Notes under the pieces: model-generated | Database searches by the model: none | The model's input: the letters and a program-made list of their open reading frames with translations, nothing else | Told to the model about the DNA's origin: nothing | Source: an uncultured Elusimicrobia bacterium | Lineage (GTDB): Bacteria; Elusimicrobiota; Elusimicrobia; 2-01-FULL-59-12 | Direction: 5' to 3' | Length of the DNA stretch: 64,000 bases | Assembly (NCBI GenBank): GCA_964506645.1 | Contig: CAZDML010000002.1 | Span: 3,012-67,011 of the forward strand | Part shown: positions 60,301-63,991 of the stretch, in pieces | Layout of the letters: each line of letters starts with the position of its first letter | How positions within the stretch are numbered: position 1 is the first letter of the stretch | Made by a program: the position numbers and the translations under genes

Positions 60301-62127
60301 GAAGGCGCCGGAGAGACTGTTGTAGCTCCAGGTGCCACTCGTAATGCCTACGACTGTCGCGCTCAACCACGGCGTACAACCGCTCGAACAATCGCCTGTC
60401 CAGCCACTGCCGTTCCAATAGGCATTGAGGGTATCCACAAACGCCACATCCACCGCCAAAATACCTGATCCTGTCGATGTATCGTCCATGGTGCCCGAAG
60501 CTAATGTCACCGCTTGTGGCACGCCACCGTTGGACGGCACGGAAATCTGCGACGTTGCTGTGCTGCTGTCGTAAAGTAGAGAAACCCCTGTGCCCGCCGG
60601 AACATCGGTGTTGAGCGGGCCAAATTCTACATTGCCCGCCTGATCGGTCGCGCGGCTGACAAAACGATAGCTGATACCGCTCGTAAAGGCGCTCTGCAGA
60701 CCGCCTGGCAGGCTGGAGGTCCAGGTGTTGGGAATCGGCGTGGTGCTGTTGGTGACAGTCAGCGTCGCGTAGTTCGGATCGGTAGCGCTGAAGTTAGCCC
60801 CATTCCACCACAAATTGTTGCTCAGACGCTTCACGGCCAATTGCACCGCACCGGTCGAGATCCATGCCGGGTTATTGAGGGCTCCGCTCAAGTTGTCCGT
60901 GGCCGTCCCGGAGACAGAAACCGCCGTGGTCGTTGTGAAATAGAGACCGCTGGGCGAGGAGATGGTGGTGGTCGGTATCAACACGTCGTAAACAAAGCGG
61001 TTCGTCACCGTGGTGACGTTACCGGCATTATCGCTTGCGCGCACCGCAAGGTCGTAACGGTGATCGTTCTTAAAGAAGAGGCTGGCATGCGTGTAGGTCC
61101 AGTTGGCCGTCGTCCCCAGCGCACCGATGAAGAACGGTCCGCCGGCAGTAAAGGTGCTGCCTGTCCAGTAGTTCGGCCCCCCGCCATCGACATCGGTCAG
61201 AGAAATCGTGACAGTACTGATGCCAGACGGTGTTCCACCCGGATCGCTGGAGGTTCCGGCAAACGGCGTGGAAATCTGAATCTGCGAGTGGAATGCGTTG
61301 TTGAGTGGCTGCGAAATGGTAACGCTCGGCACAGACGTATCATAGGTAAAGGTTGAAATCGTACTGATGTACGTGTTGCGATGCGGCGTCACTCCCGTGC
61401 CGGTCACGTTGTCCTGCACCTGCAGTTTCAGATAGTAGTTCTTATCTGACACCAGCGATGGCAAGGTGTAGGTCCAGGACGAGACAAAGATGGTCGCCAC
61501 ATTCGAAGAAATGGTCGGGATCCAGGCGGCGCCGTTCCAATAGACTTTGCTGCCGCCCGTACCACTGGAGAGTTGCACGTTTACATTGTTAACACCGGCC
61601 AAGTCATCGGACATGGTGCCCGTCAGAATGACCGTTGCGCTCGACACCGAGGCATTGGCTGCTGGCCACGTTAAGGAAGCCGTCGGCGATGTGAAATCGA
61701 TATTGAAGTTGAGGCTTGTCGTTGCGCTGATGTTCCCACCACCCGTTCCATCGCCCAGCGTGGTCTTGTCTTCTGAGCGCACATCGAGCGTCATGACATG
61801 GCTCATATCGGTCGGCCAGGTAATATCCACTCCGCTTTGCACATCGTAGTCCCAGTTGCCTGTGCCCGAACCCGATACCGAGCCGCCCGCATTCAGCCAA
61901 GCCGTTGTGGCATTCACGCTGGTCGAAGAGAACGTCGCGCCGTCCCAATAATAGGTAGAAGATCCCCGATGGATTTGTTCCAGCATCGGTGTCCGTTCCC
62001 TGAAGCGAGGTATTGTTCGCCACCACACCCAGTTCGCTCGGCTGATAGGAGATATTGGCTGTCGGTGTGGAGATGATAGGCGCGTTGGGTGCCGTCTTAT
62101 CAATAAGCATCGAAAATGACGAGACAT
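39337..62127 (-). CDS. giant extracellular multi-Ig-domain protein, main reading frame (7596 codons). It has, in order, He_PIG/HYR-like Ig modules, ~35 tandem ~95-aa invasin/intimin-like (Big-type) Ig domains, a divergent beta-rich region, seven ~230-aa modules with a DxNxDG motif, FN3, and a T9SS/Por-type (FlgD-Ig-like) C-terminal sorting domain
   Basis: A single 22.8-kb ORF. The Big-like repeats (about 58500-48450) share the pattern ..LLPGET(A/S)xPG..GK(T/S)G(T/S)P..QTAG..F.VTV.AVD.(Y/F)(W/Y)N..........V.L.(T/S)SD.., for example KLQLLIPGETAVAGYIAGGAKGKTGLPTTATAGTNYNVTVRLTDSYYNV. The DxNxDG modules (about 45300-40700) include DINNDGKFQPE at 45216-45248 and WKDINDNGIFDD at 42105-42150. FN3 is ..VTLQWPVPSDYGPSGIFAYKIRQFEG... 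The C-terminal tail ..NYPNPVDTRKGGLEGKTFITYLLAGDADVEITIYDLLGYRV..GGYLAQIKAGGQKGSATVIRKIGVIH (39650-39337) resembles the Por_Secre_tail/FlgD-Ig domain. The first ~55 codons of this ORF (62127-61965) are out of frame; the real N-terminus continues in the 61604-64000 frame. Confidence 0.8.
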   Translation of the reverse strand: MSRHFRCLLIRRHPTRLSSPHRQPISPISRANWVWWRTIPRFRERTPMLEQIHRGSSTYYWDGATFSSTSVNATTAWLNAGGSVSGSGTGNWDYDVQSGVDITWPTDMSHVMTLDVRSEDKTTLGDGTGGGNISATTSLNFNIDFTSPTASLTWPAANASVSSATVILTGTMSDDLAGVNNVNVQLSSGTGGSKVYWNGAAWIPTISSNVATIFVSSWTYTLPSLVSDKNYYLKLQVQDNVTGTGVTPHRNTYISTISTFTYDTSVPSVTISQPLNNAFHSQIQISTPFAGTSSDPGGTPSGISTVTISLTDVDGGGPNYWTGSTFTAGGPFFIGALGTTANWTYTHASLFFKNDHRYDLAVRASDNAGNVTTVTNRFVYDVLIPTTTISSPSGLYFTTTTAVSVSGTATDNLSGALNNPAWISTGAVQLAVKRLSNNLWWNGANFSATDPNYATLTVTNSTTPIPNTWTSSLPGGLQSAFTSGISYRFVSRATDQAGNVEFGPLNTDVPAGTGVSLLYDSSTATSQISVPSNGGVPQAVTLASGTMDDTSTGSGILAVDVAFVDTLNAYWNGSGWTGDCSSGCTPWLSATVVGITSGTWSYNSLSGAFSSNARYKMFVRARDNAGNIPIGNLGSTFDFVTGAGGINFTVDSSSPTSQTTLPTNNVRLSSGPLVISGTASDVSSNGSGIASGGVKIRIGNSSGQYYNPSTALFDNSGTSLNFPLAAQVTPGILPNYTWSVTTGPAISTNVYTDDRYTIQSRANDRSGNFEVAYNTVTFTLDTTAPITLIQKPVNGAAHSIIEPMTVISGTASDPNTYPAGVSRVYVSVEELSGGATHYFNGANFGATTEYFLIATSTASWSYWNTGLDAVNLTNGATYIVHAYAVDAVGNTETPGTTSTVIFDTDTPHGAVSSPADNDVQQNPASIAGTAADVGLAGIRKVQISLRLDNAPTGQSAGPEDYFYNPSSFNAVNNSSFSRVGTDEANSWLDASGTLNWSYSSNSIWISGKRYWAKARSIDNAGNIESNSDIGNGNNFIVTLPADHLQVIVDTTTNITAGTSRDITVNALDNANGVALSYNGTVGFSIANPDATIGPESAGAGLPANYTFVPGSDNGTHVFTNGLTLLKAALGRTLTVSRVSGLAVSAGNQTGINVVPNTTVGLQVLIQGETNAGGKTTAPAGKNTIPLSFTAGAPFTVTVNAVDQYWNVTPSSNPTITATTSDSFDTDPGNKPLSSGTTIFNQTMVSAGVQTMAVSGAGTGNTSSNITINPGTANRLLVMLPGESRVQGKYQTTPLGKSGTPNGILAGNTLVATVYGVDSFYNTDTSDSLDKVWISLSSDTYAVVPSSLTLASGVTTFSLVPVTAGSQVVLATSVLTNPNYVTSNFTVGADTASVGTQRLQLVMQGETAVPGLPPYNQTNGGKSGSPAFYYAGIASTFTVRLVDQYYNLITNNLPMPVVNMHSDTSLSGDPNLTPIFLAMSLNNGVAIGTVTYRTQNNPTSPSTNPTRNLKGWLMTVRDQNDPSDGGSGSYYTMDQSTWVKVYPGPVVKLRVLTANQTYDEGSSPGGAGKTNPALPGSATAGVAFPITIQAVDHYWNRNRGAPGIYTSNVADNVATVGNDVYVQGNSTTPMNQGQVVFASFTPRTAQSGWSFSAVDTDSATISSQTISSVNVKASSNTAVFQVLLPGETNVPGSGGKTGTPTAQTAGVAIQAPGVIVNLVDAYSNPIKNVSGLPFPTVQLAASAASLPMDQYATYPPSLVMTNVGNNGYNATFIASVTLVTAGSNHQIEATDPGLTYAAADSTFFTVSANTLSRYQIVAPGETADAGIPADFGGAGNPAGKTGTPNTQTAGQAFIVTVNATDDWYNIISTNVATYLTSDDAYGTPGLTAQTKALTSGSTTYSVTLLSAQASNGASIPHVLTATGTLNSDVSQNIPMQVASPTKLHILLGGETAVPGNVAGGGKSGSITAATAGTSYSLTVRLTDPYYNVVNNPGGAVNLSLTTTDPYDSPDPDTTKSINSGTYFTTYGHTFKSASTTGWTVTVTTNTGPGYTYASAGPLLVNPDTNAGNPHLLVILLPGESLSQGNVAASGKTGTPFGGVSPVAGSTFTVTVVGTDQYYNLVNDNPVVRVGANASLYTQYPGGASFGLSGGSGTVVTAVNRSTTTASYFVNVVTSNTYNFTASTSTSFTVISGSATLLQLLVQGQTAAPGSPTGKSGSPATPFTAGQMYSATVNATDSYFNLISTAAAKIKMIESDPNATQTNIQQDLTSGTTVFALQFITASGSGWTVRVSTVTGQRLADEVSAALPVVANSPTKIMVTVPGTTLNAGSGISGSPTGATAGAVWKATATITDAYNNAVGGVATGNVWFQTTDPYDTDGTTQPLASGTTSFAIQMYQAGSQTVSMFHTGAYTSGSAAAIPITAGSADRVLVVLPGETYQAGQPPYAPATGGTGGKSGTPTSWIAGTPQIVTVYAVDGYWNQTNSGSSLTLSSPDDPFATGVGAKSLTSGTTTFSVTLFRAVDYNGSSQTIRGNIVGLSNPTYTSPAFTLYPDSGASSPRYLRLLVNGESALPGSTLLKSGPRTGPASDAHFVAGSTITFTLDATDTWGNIISTNVTVNVQTDDTNAKPSPSLSIGLTQGTSTFLWNFVTKRTTDYDLSLAPFTASTATATGFNSAYEHLTIDPDVTKKNLQILVQGETPVQGTGYWPTNNGGKTGAIVTQTAGVAVPITVRVVDDYWNLVEANTTGNPVNIYVITNDSNVVSLGLNPLINGAGTSNGVLSDNTSIILRTATATGWTLTSSGTASGTPFNIHLSSPVKVNAAGLSKLQILLPGETAAPGSVTGKTGTPNTQTAGIAFTLPIGAIRAVDAFYNTVSTVTIATVTLSDIYGTPASQSVSLSGGQSVATLGVTLAVSTDTFSPQVLYANAYNLTTATSAAIPVNQGAPVRLQLLMPGETAVPGFGKSGSVSATVAGATYATTVRMVDAKYNKVTSGTMPTVQVTATDPYAINPAANSLSAGQATFNITFKVANTAPGWTVGAATTAVSGITVSSDTSNFVVVNATTTDRVLVVLPGQTYTPGTARGFLGAITDAVAGTAYISTVTITDRFYNTKTDITPQIQMITSDPYDTDPATTVVNGPTAYTINFRKAPGPWTVFVSTITGYGGAPLISTTTDPITVHAAAPTKLIVLVPGETADPGRAPYDAGQSGGKTGTANTQTAGTPFNVTARLVDSYFNLAESATTFLQLNTDDTNAQSGIQGLGSFQTGSGGQTGQVVITGVTLITRNPAGWQLMVSTATGDPYTMGYSTWIPVQANTAQKLLVLAPGETSQEGNTTGGGKSGSPDSNYPTTPGTLDAFAVGTTYFVEVRAVDAYYNIVTTTAPVVTLTSSDGNAVPVSTDSPKILTGGYQLIPFMMKTAENAAGNASTQTVTASATGFTLSAPYQSGVMTMAPDSVNAVQILVPGQTAAPGSATGKVTTSISTATAGTSFNVTVRTVDRFFNKTNTTPPGMTLASSDPYDNRTAEYQADPLSIALTAGSTIQAWTMTTASTTGWTLTASAPGLNVASDVSPAIPVQSGAAQTLQVILPGESVLAGSGTYNLNGLGRTGTPTAWTSGVSNTLTVNAVDKHFNVVPTASISVKVTPSDLFVSPQTISLIGTTNYAFTLQTATPTASFTALRMSGTPLDASSSSVTSSQITVNANSVVKLQILVPGETAVPGSTTGKTSVSITTQAAGVAFPVTVNVVDLNWNKVPANVKVQLTTTDPYAPALNPQTLSAGATIFQMVFARASSSWTITASTTSDSVTTVSSNTSAVVPVTAGPAAKLQLLIPGETAVAGYIAGGAKGKTGLPTTATAGTNYNVTVRLTDSYYNVQSAATMPSVLLTSTDPFDNESAYLGGNPQSLSAAVAVYGVTPVTAGTWTYTAADQSALGYSSDTSTNVFVQAGAPTKLLIALPNQTLVAGSGINGTAATQIAGVDMPATVYVTDAYSNIVSTGRNPIYVGTNDAYDTDPGSYSLSSGQLQVSSINVQTAGLTTVTAVSNDTNAPALTLASSTFTVTAAGASKLQLVLPGETAVPGNVLMTRGVSGSPNAQTAGVVFYPTVNITDGFWNLVASATGTLRVTSSDPNDQSTGPWTSDGLDPVAINVTTGSYTFPMTLLTSTNTGWTLTAQDLGTSNYTQSLTAAIAVSANSSGGATRKLLTVLPGETPSYGTATGKAGSPSAYTVGNLLQVSVYVTDKFFNTITVPPANPGANTADVQISIVGNQDPYAVNPSTQAINAASGQTTFVYTLYKATTEFFRADDVTVGHGTAWTSSISSQFTASPKSATKLLLLLPGETATPGSGAPGKTGTVNTFVAGSTYTATLQVSDTYFNAVTSHLTEQVAVRTSDPYDTEPATQTISNGQSVANVTLQFRTASTGTASAVDTNLVDPTTTWATSVSPDTGSFNVLAGSATKLMVVMPGEAPLQGSATGRTGSPTSQVAGTAFVTTVYLTDAQYNLVSLGTMPEVLLTSNDSDVNWQSPANPSQLLNGVGYMPWTVVASSAQLSFVITASTTPTTPVGTTAITSGASNALRVYPGPKHHLHITGLPTTSSAGVGFSGCVVMHDAYHNILSTGPHTSTSTVTSISFNAETTGNGYLTDGNQDPPWLPGTTTFNLITGSGQKCLTNYFSLRAAGSRWLQAVDDSDPINVNSTRGWTIDTNNVWSPTGVVYSTPSYITVTPGAPSQWVVDPAGDQNVPAGTLSSLGRWPVTARLADPYDNYADSAGITVALTTANVSGVAGTISFDASASSAVPPVPTTSTVTNSSGAVSVYYYVSSHAGDYGAVRFSATVGAQPVANQSGRMITTGGDTSKLAFVSPPVSQTAGQDYLHLPLFTLERRDDFDNPTDYQGSTVQLDYTANGQVAVHAGRGFSSSNHDYEFQDPNLLGVPITNLAFSGGDTQKTFVYFDKMSSTPIEDGRVGTWTLRAYIGGTGYANSNVRTSYDLIVNPDAKAQIAFHNPVRTLVAGTPLSLTGNPNLSYLNLEIQDTYGNPTPVVSTATLFLASYRVVSSSYDAYGFSSSTSYFAAPPAPSFVNPITTVTINSGFWGTTFYYLDTNASENYTAPVSSPMLRAFSTGTIDGALLSTGTQKVTISPNALYQIGFLSAPSALVAGTTSQQFRFASEDIFGNPSPITNSAAVFTLTTDVPGTASFATPYSTSAFQSGTSSATIAVGQSTMTFYMKDTLAGDRTVTISRNGFVSANSTYTVAPAPASQLVFATPSRYLVAGTTVQYEPNYSVGAPTNTVITVRAMDPYLNISSVTANTVVNFYVSNSTGAYGYTDASNLSLFKYIPGPVLPNVLPVQMLAGNSSVSMYYYDTQQGTRTMVAFDSVGALTSATTTHFISPAPAAYLTIEPINNVNNPMPVNNLLPFGNIVARDQFGNVARGDVKNGQYYTGTVQFGTSGSTTTVQIYDATDLAHVVSSYTFKVADAGTYSNLLMTDSVQETLHVSATDFVTVVPPVVPSNNAFDPNEDTLQGWTNDAARIVPVHSYGDLVTAGVVMTPVDLSPVPTTDPTYNAKQVLLLGTRWQGKTSLAQGDGTVPVDPQYLPVPMMRLSFQVQPPTYSSSTIISQIVLTKNLASGALADSDIAELDLNYDINNDGKFQPESTYQGVQPDPMVSSTTFVNGVATFANLSLPITAASAKNYFVSVRVASDVVTALPANLGLKVTAASQVTVVGLGMASNNFPVVTSTSPVLRQPATIRVDGQDLAAWWDPGTGLGQQNYVSQGSDQVGMLRLGFWTDAFQGAVNRIRVSRTGTGDDTDIADVKIYKDCNSDGVFTPSLDNCDITSGATFVNQVTSITLNSNLIVTPTTSYVFIAYHLSPSASLNTQGASVRNPSDIFPADGTVGAFSQINSTQVPVQPSTDELDLTRVNDPANGFNIGQVATQGDTDVVAMKMTLAVRNPLGGGLVNSAIWNHLRLDRGNPNGFNHARDIDAIRVYYDNNNDGLFEVNADTLVTSTSKVYEFPHEVLTADVDASTTVIPVNDASAYPPAPGLVWIDDEQMTYTALDLTNNKLTGVVRASSGTVAAAHTAGTDVEGQAYLDLVDPNGILNGQEILVTPKNYFIVMDINYLANVNSQDSLGVEIASTSYFVVDTPDLVGNHSGNIGLPPLGQTAGTYITNVKEYVDTVVLTSTNTTVGDYLQQGATNQAVLRFDMRTNHARAGFTGITVSRAGTAADSDITSVKVWYDRAGTGIFNVAVDSPPLGSGVFGNPAAGLARINFDTVTYSTDLNDLTTGPLKVDTAVRKLNNYFITFDMANIATPQNTIGVTVSSPVFVNISAPNTMSGTNMPASSKLRTIIPKPQRLQASSTYYFSTDTGNYPLPHLLAPVMSNDVTATLNTSSGMPTSGLMVIDAEVLGYTGILGNVLTGLSRCVSGSCTTPPAIHSTYTYVNSVEQPNYIGVNYTQGMRNVALIKFSLQDIDDYNIRWFSLDLGRTPGGLSGADSDLSAVKVYSGDTLYRTSDGEIGIQNTLVGSGVSQFGSIHLAVNDPNLGSPGYVLISTAPATYWVVADISQSATAGHAFALNAITKDAFTVGALVAGDGIHSVMPTNFPMQTGDHVIGATVDTMTVVFTDLLPTVIQQNATNVPVAKMNLKVNQNTVIWTGLTLTRTGAKPDDGDVLRMNVWKDINDNGIFDDGNTLPLSTLSQAITASDSSLQVAVSTSFPIGPAVLLVGSELIRYANNDLAGNFTGLTRGFLGTTAAVHAIATNVRGVVNDTLVSDAGTKPGQITPGTDNFTNSVRAITFTAQQIIPNVTDKITGMNYFITYDINPFVPVYRDLNNNGVQDAGEAVSIGGLISATTSFAVITPDLVTLSANPPLTTKLAAFSEYPDQVSFSPDTSITPVYATQGDKDIPILKFSLRSNVSTALFNTLKISRKGAGAVQTQGSNDDIGLVKVYRDVNFNGILEPTTDELISSGTFVQPDPNGTNPKTVQLTIKDQLLSPTTQTYFVAYDIATGATSNNTEGLTIIDPGWFGGSFTPIGVDQMLPNGIPVESRQVTISPLTVRVSGQSLAPGSALEGEASVPLMSVTIQPSINQVVVSSLTLTQLGTITTSTGTPPNLVGDGDFSRLYVHLDTNYNGKLDAGDSLLGSLPWGTTSSGFIGGLATIPFSTAVSINTSGATLLVSADIGTVDGSGAATQGHSAGISVASAGAITMTPLTALQDQSNVYPIRSALVPIFNFQTVQVGTVTMRPDLTTSTVSGLEGVYMPEAWVHDQGAISAHWTTVPPSLPANVTVTYQVGMSASSNTTIAPSLTGWVSLSQTPPITLTGLGLEDTKTYYFFVRTITTINGLTLPPSPVMMGTVHVDVTKPAPPSKFINLPKTSNTGIVTLQWPVPSDYGPSGIFAYKIRQFEGTSPVPTEIIMTSTPSYTFGSNINNNAPAYSLHAPGGAASIGGASTTSPLVYLNGETGAARSPNNFYRWQIQTINGAGTASEWSTISETVNTGLPEDIISEVSNYPNPVDTRKGGLEGKTFITYLLAGDADVEITIYDLLGYRVMHWSFPGGTEGGRQGPNTVPPGGWDGTNEAGQKVSKGGYLAQIKAGGQKGSATVIRKIGVIH

Positions 62128-63991
62128 TCAGGACAAAATTGCTCTGTGCATTATTGGCCATGTCGATGGCACGCATCACGACCGCATAGCGGGTATCGGT
62201 CACCAGACGCGAATCCAGATTGCCGCCATTGGTGTACTGCCAGGTTAGGGTCGACCCTTCCGCCGCTAAAAAGTTCGGTGTCGATTGAACGAGGACGAAG
62301 TTACTGCCATTGAACCACTTGGCCGAGGTTAAGTTCTGCAGGGCAATTTGAATGGTGCTCACGCGTACGTCATCATTCGATGTTCCAGTGATATTAGGCA
62401 GGGAACGAATGCCCGTGAGACCCATGAGCGGCAGCGTGACGGTCGCCGTCGGCGCGACGTTATCGTAAGTCACGGTCACGCCCACGTTCGCAGGAATGTC
62501 GGTCACGAGCGGACCAAATTCCGCATTGCCCGCAGTGTCCGAGGCGAGGCTCACGATATAGTAAGACGTACCGCTGACCAGAGACGTAATGAAGGCCGCC
62601 GGCATGGTGGATGTCCAGGTGTTGGGCACCGTCAGGCTGGTGTTGGTTACCGTAAAGGTGCTGTAGGTCGGATTGGCGCCCAGGAAGTTCGTTCCGTTCC
62701 ACCACTTGGCATCGCTTAAGCGTTCTACGGCCAGTTTTACACCATTCACCGGCACGCTGGACGGATTCACCGGTGCCCCCACGAGATCCGATGCGGTCCC
62801 GCTGATTAAGGTCCAGGACGTCACATACCCCGCGAGCGGGAAGGTCACGACCGAGGTTGGTTTCACCACGTCGTAGACGAAGCGGTTCGTGGTGGTTGAA
62901 ATATTGTTGGCCGAGTCGATTGCACGCGCCAATACATCGTAGCGATGGTCGTTCTTAAAGAAGAGCGATGCATGGGTGTAGGTCCAGTTTGCGGTCGTGC
63001 CTTGCGCCGCCAGGTAGAACGGTCCGCCCGCCGTAAAGGTGCTGCCGTTCCAGTAGTTCCCCGCATCGATATCCGTTAAGGCGATTGATACCGTGCTTAC
63101 GCCCACGGGCACCGAGCCCGTATCCGAAGACACTCCGGCAAACGGCGTCGACACCGAGACCGCCGAGTAGAAGCCGTTGGCCACCGGCAAGGTGATGCTG
63201 ATGTTCGGCGCCGAGCGGTCGTACGTAAAGGTGGAGAGCGCGCTCGTATAAATGTTCGGGTTTGACAACACGTTATCGGTGGCTTTTACACGCAAGTAGT
63301 AATTCTGATCATTGGTCAGAGTCGGCAATGTATACGTCCAGGACGAGCTAAAGAGCGTTGTGGCAACCCACGTCACGTTGCTTTGCGTAGTGGTCCAGCT
63401 GGATCCGGTCCAGTAATACTTTGTCACCGTGCCGCTGGAGAGTTCCAAGGCCAGGGCACTCACGCCGGAGAGATCGTCCGACATTGTTCCGGTGACGATC
63501 ACAGTCGCACTCGATACCGCTGCGTTGACAGAGGGCCAGTCAATGGAGACCGTGGGCGATCCAAAATCGATCTTAAAGGTGGTCGTGGAATAAGAACTAA
63601 AATTGCCTGAGCCGGTCCCGTCGATCAGCGTCGCGTTATCTTCCGAGCGGGTTTCCAACACCATGCCATGACTCATATCGGTCGGCCAATCAATATCCGA
63701 ACCGCTGGTGTTGTTGTAGTTCCAGGCCGTGCCCGCACTCTGCCAGGCCGTGGTTGCATTGACGCTGGTAGAGGAGAATGCAGCCCCATCCCAATAATAG
63801 GTGCTGCCACTCAAGACATAAGAAAGACGAATGTCCACACGTTTAATCCCGGAGGGGTTCGTGCCCGGATCACTATCGGTTCCACGAATCTGCGAATTGT
63901 TGACGATATGACCGATATCGGACGGCTGATACGCCGCGCCGTTGCTCGGCACGCTGACCGTCGGTGCGTTCGGAGCAGTCTTATCGATCAA
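60650..63991 (-). repeat. long tandem intragenic repeat: about 1.88-kb unit (copy 1 63988-62108, copy 2 62107 to about 60650, becoming diverged), each starting LIDKTAPNAP; the window edge cuts a preceding copy
   Basis: Protein-level alignment of the two copies. Shared blocks include STYYWDGA.FSSTSVNATTAW, WPTDMSH.M.L..RSED, SSATVI.TGTMSDDL.GV, SSWTYTLP.L..D.NYYL, STFTYD, STPFAG.SSD, and GSTFTAGGPF..A.GTTANWTYTHASLFFKNDHRYD...RA.D.A.N..T.TNRFVYDV. At the DNA level, GCAGTCTTATCGATCAAGAT matches GCCGTCTTATCAATAAGCAT at the copy starts. Confidence 0.5.

Noticed and set aside
63989-63991. Apparent start codon 'M' of the 795-aa ORF at 63991
   Set aside because: The codon is TTG (Leu) inside a continuous open frame (..YTILIDKTAPNAP..) that runs to the window edge and repeats the LIDKTAPNAP unit. 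The gene continues beyond nt 64000.
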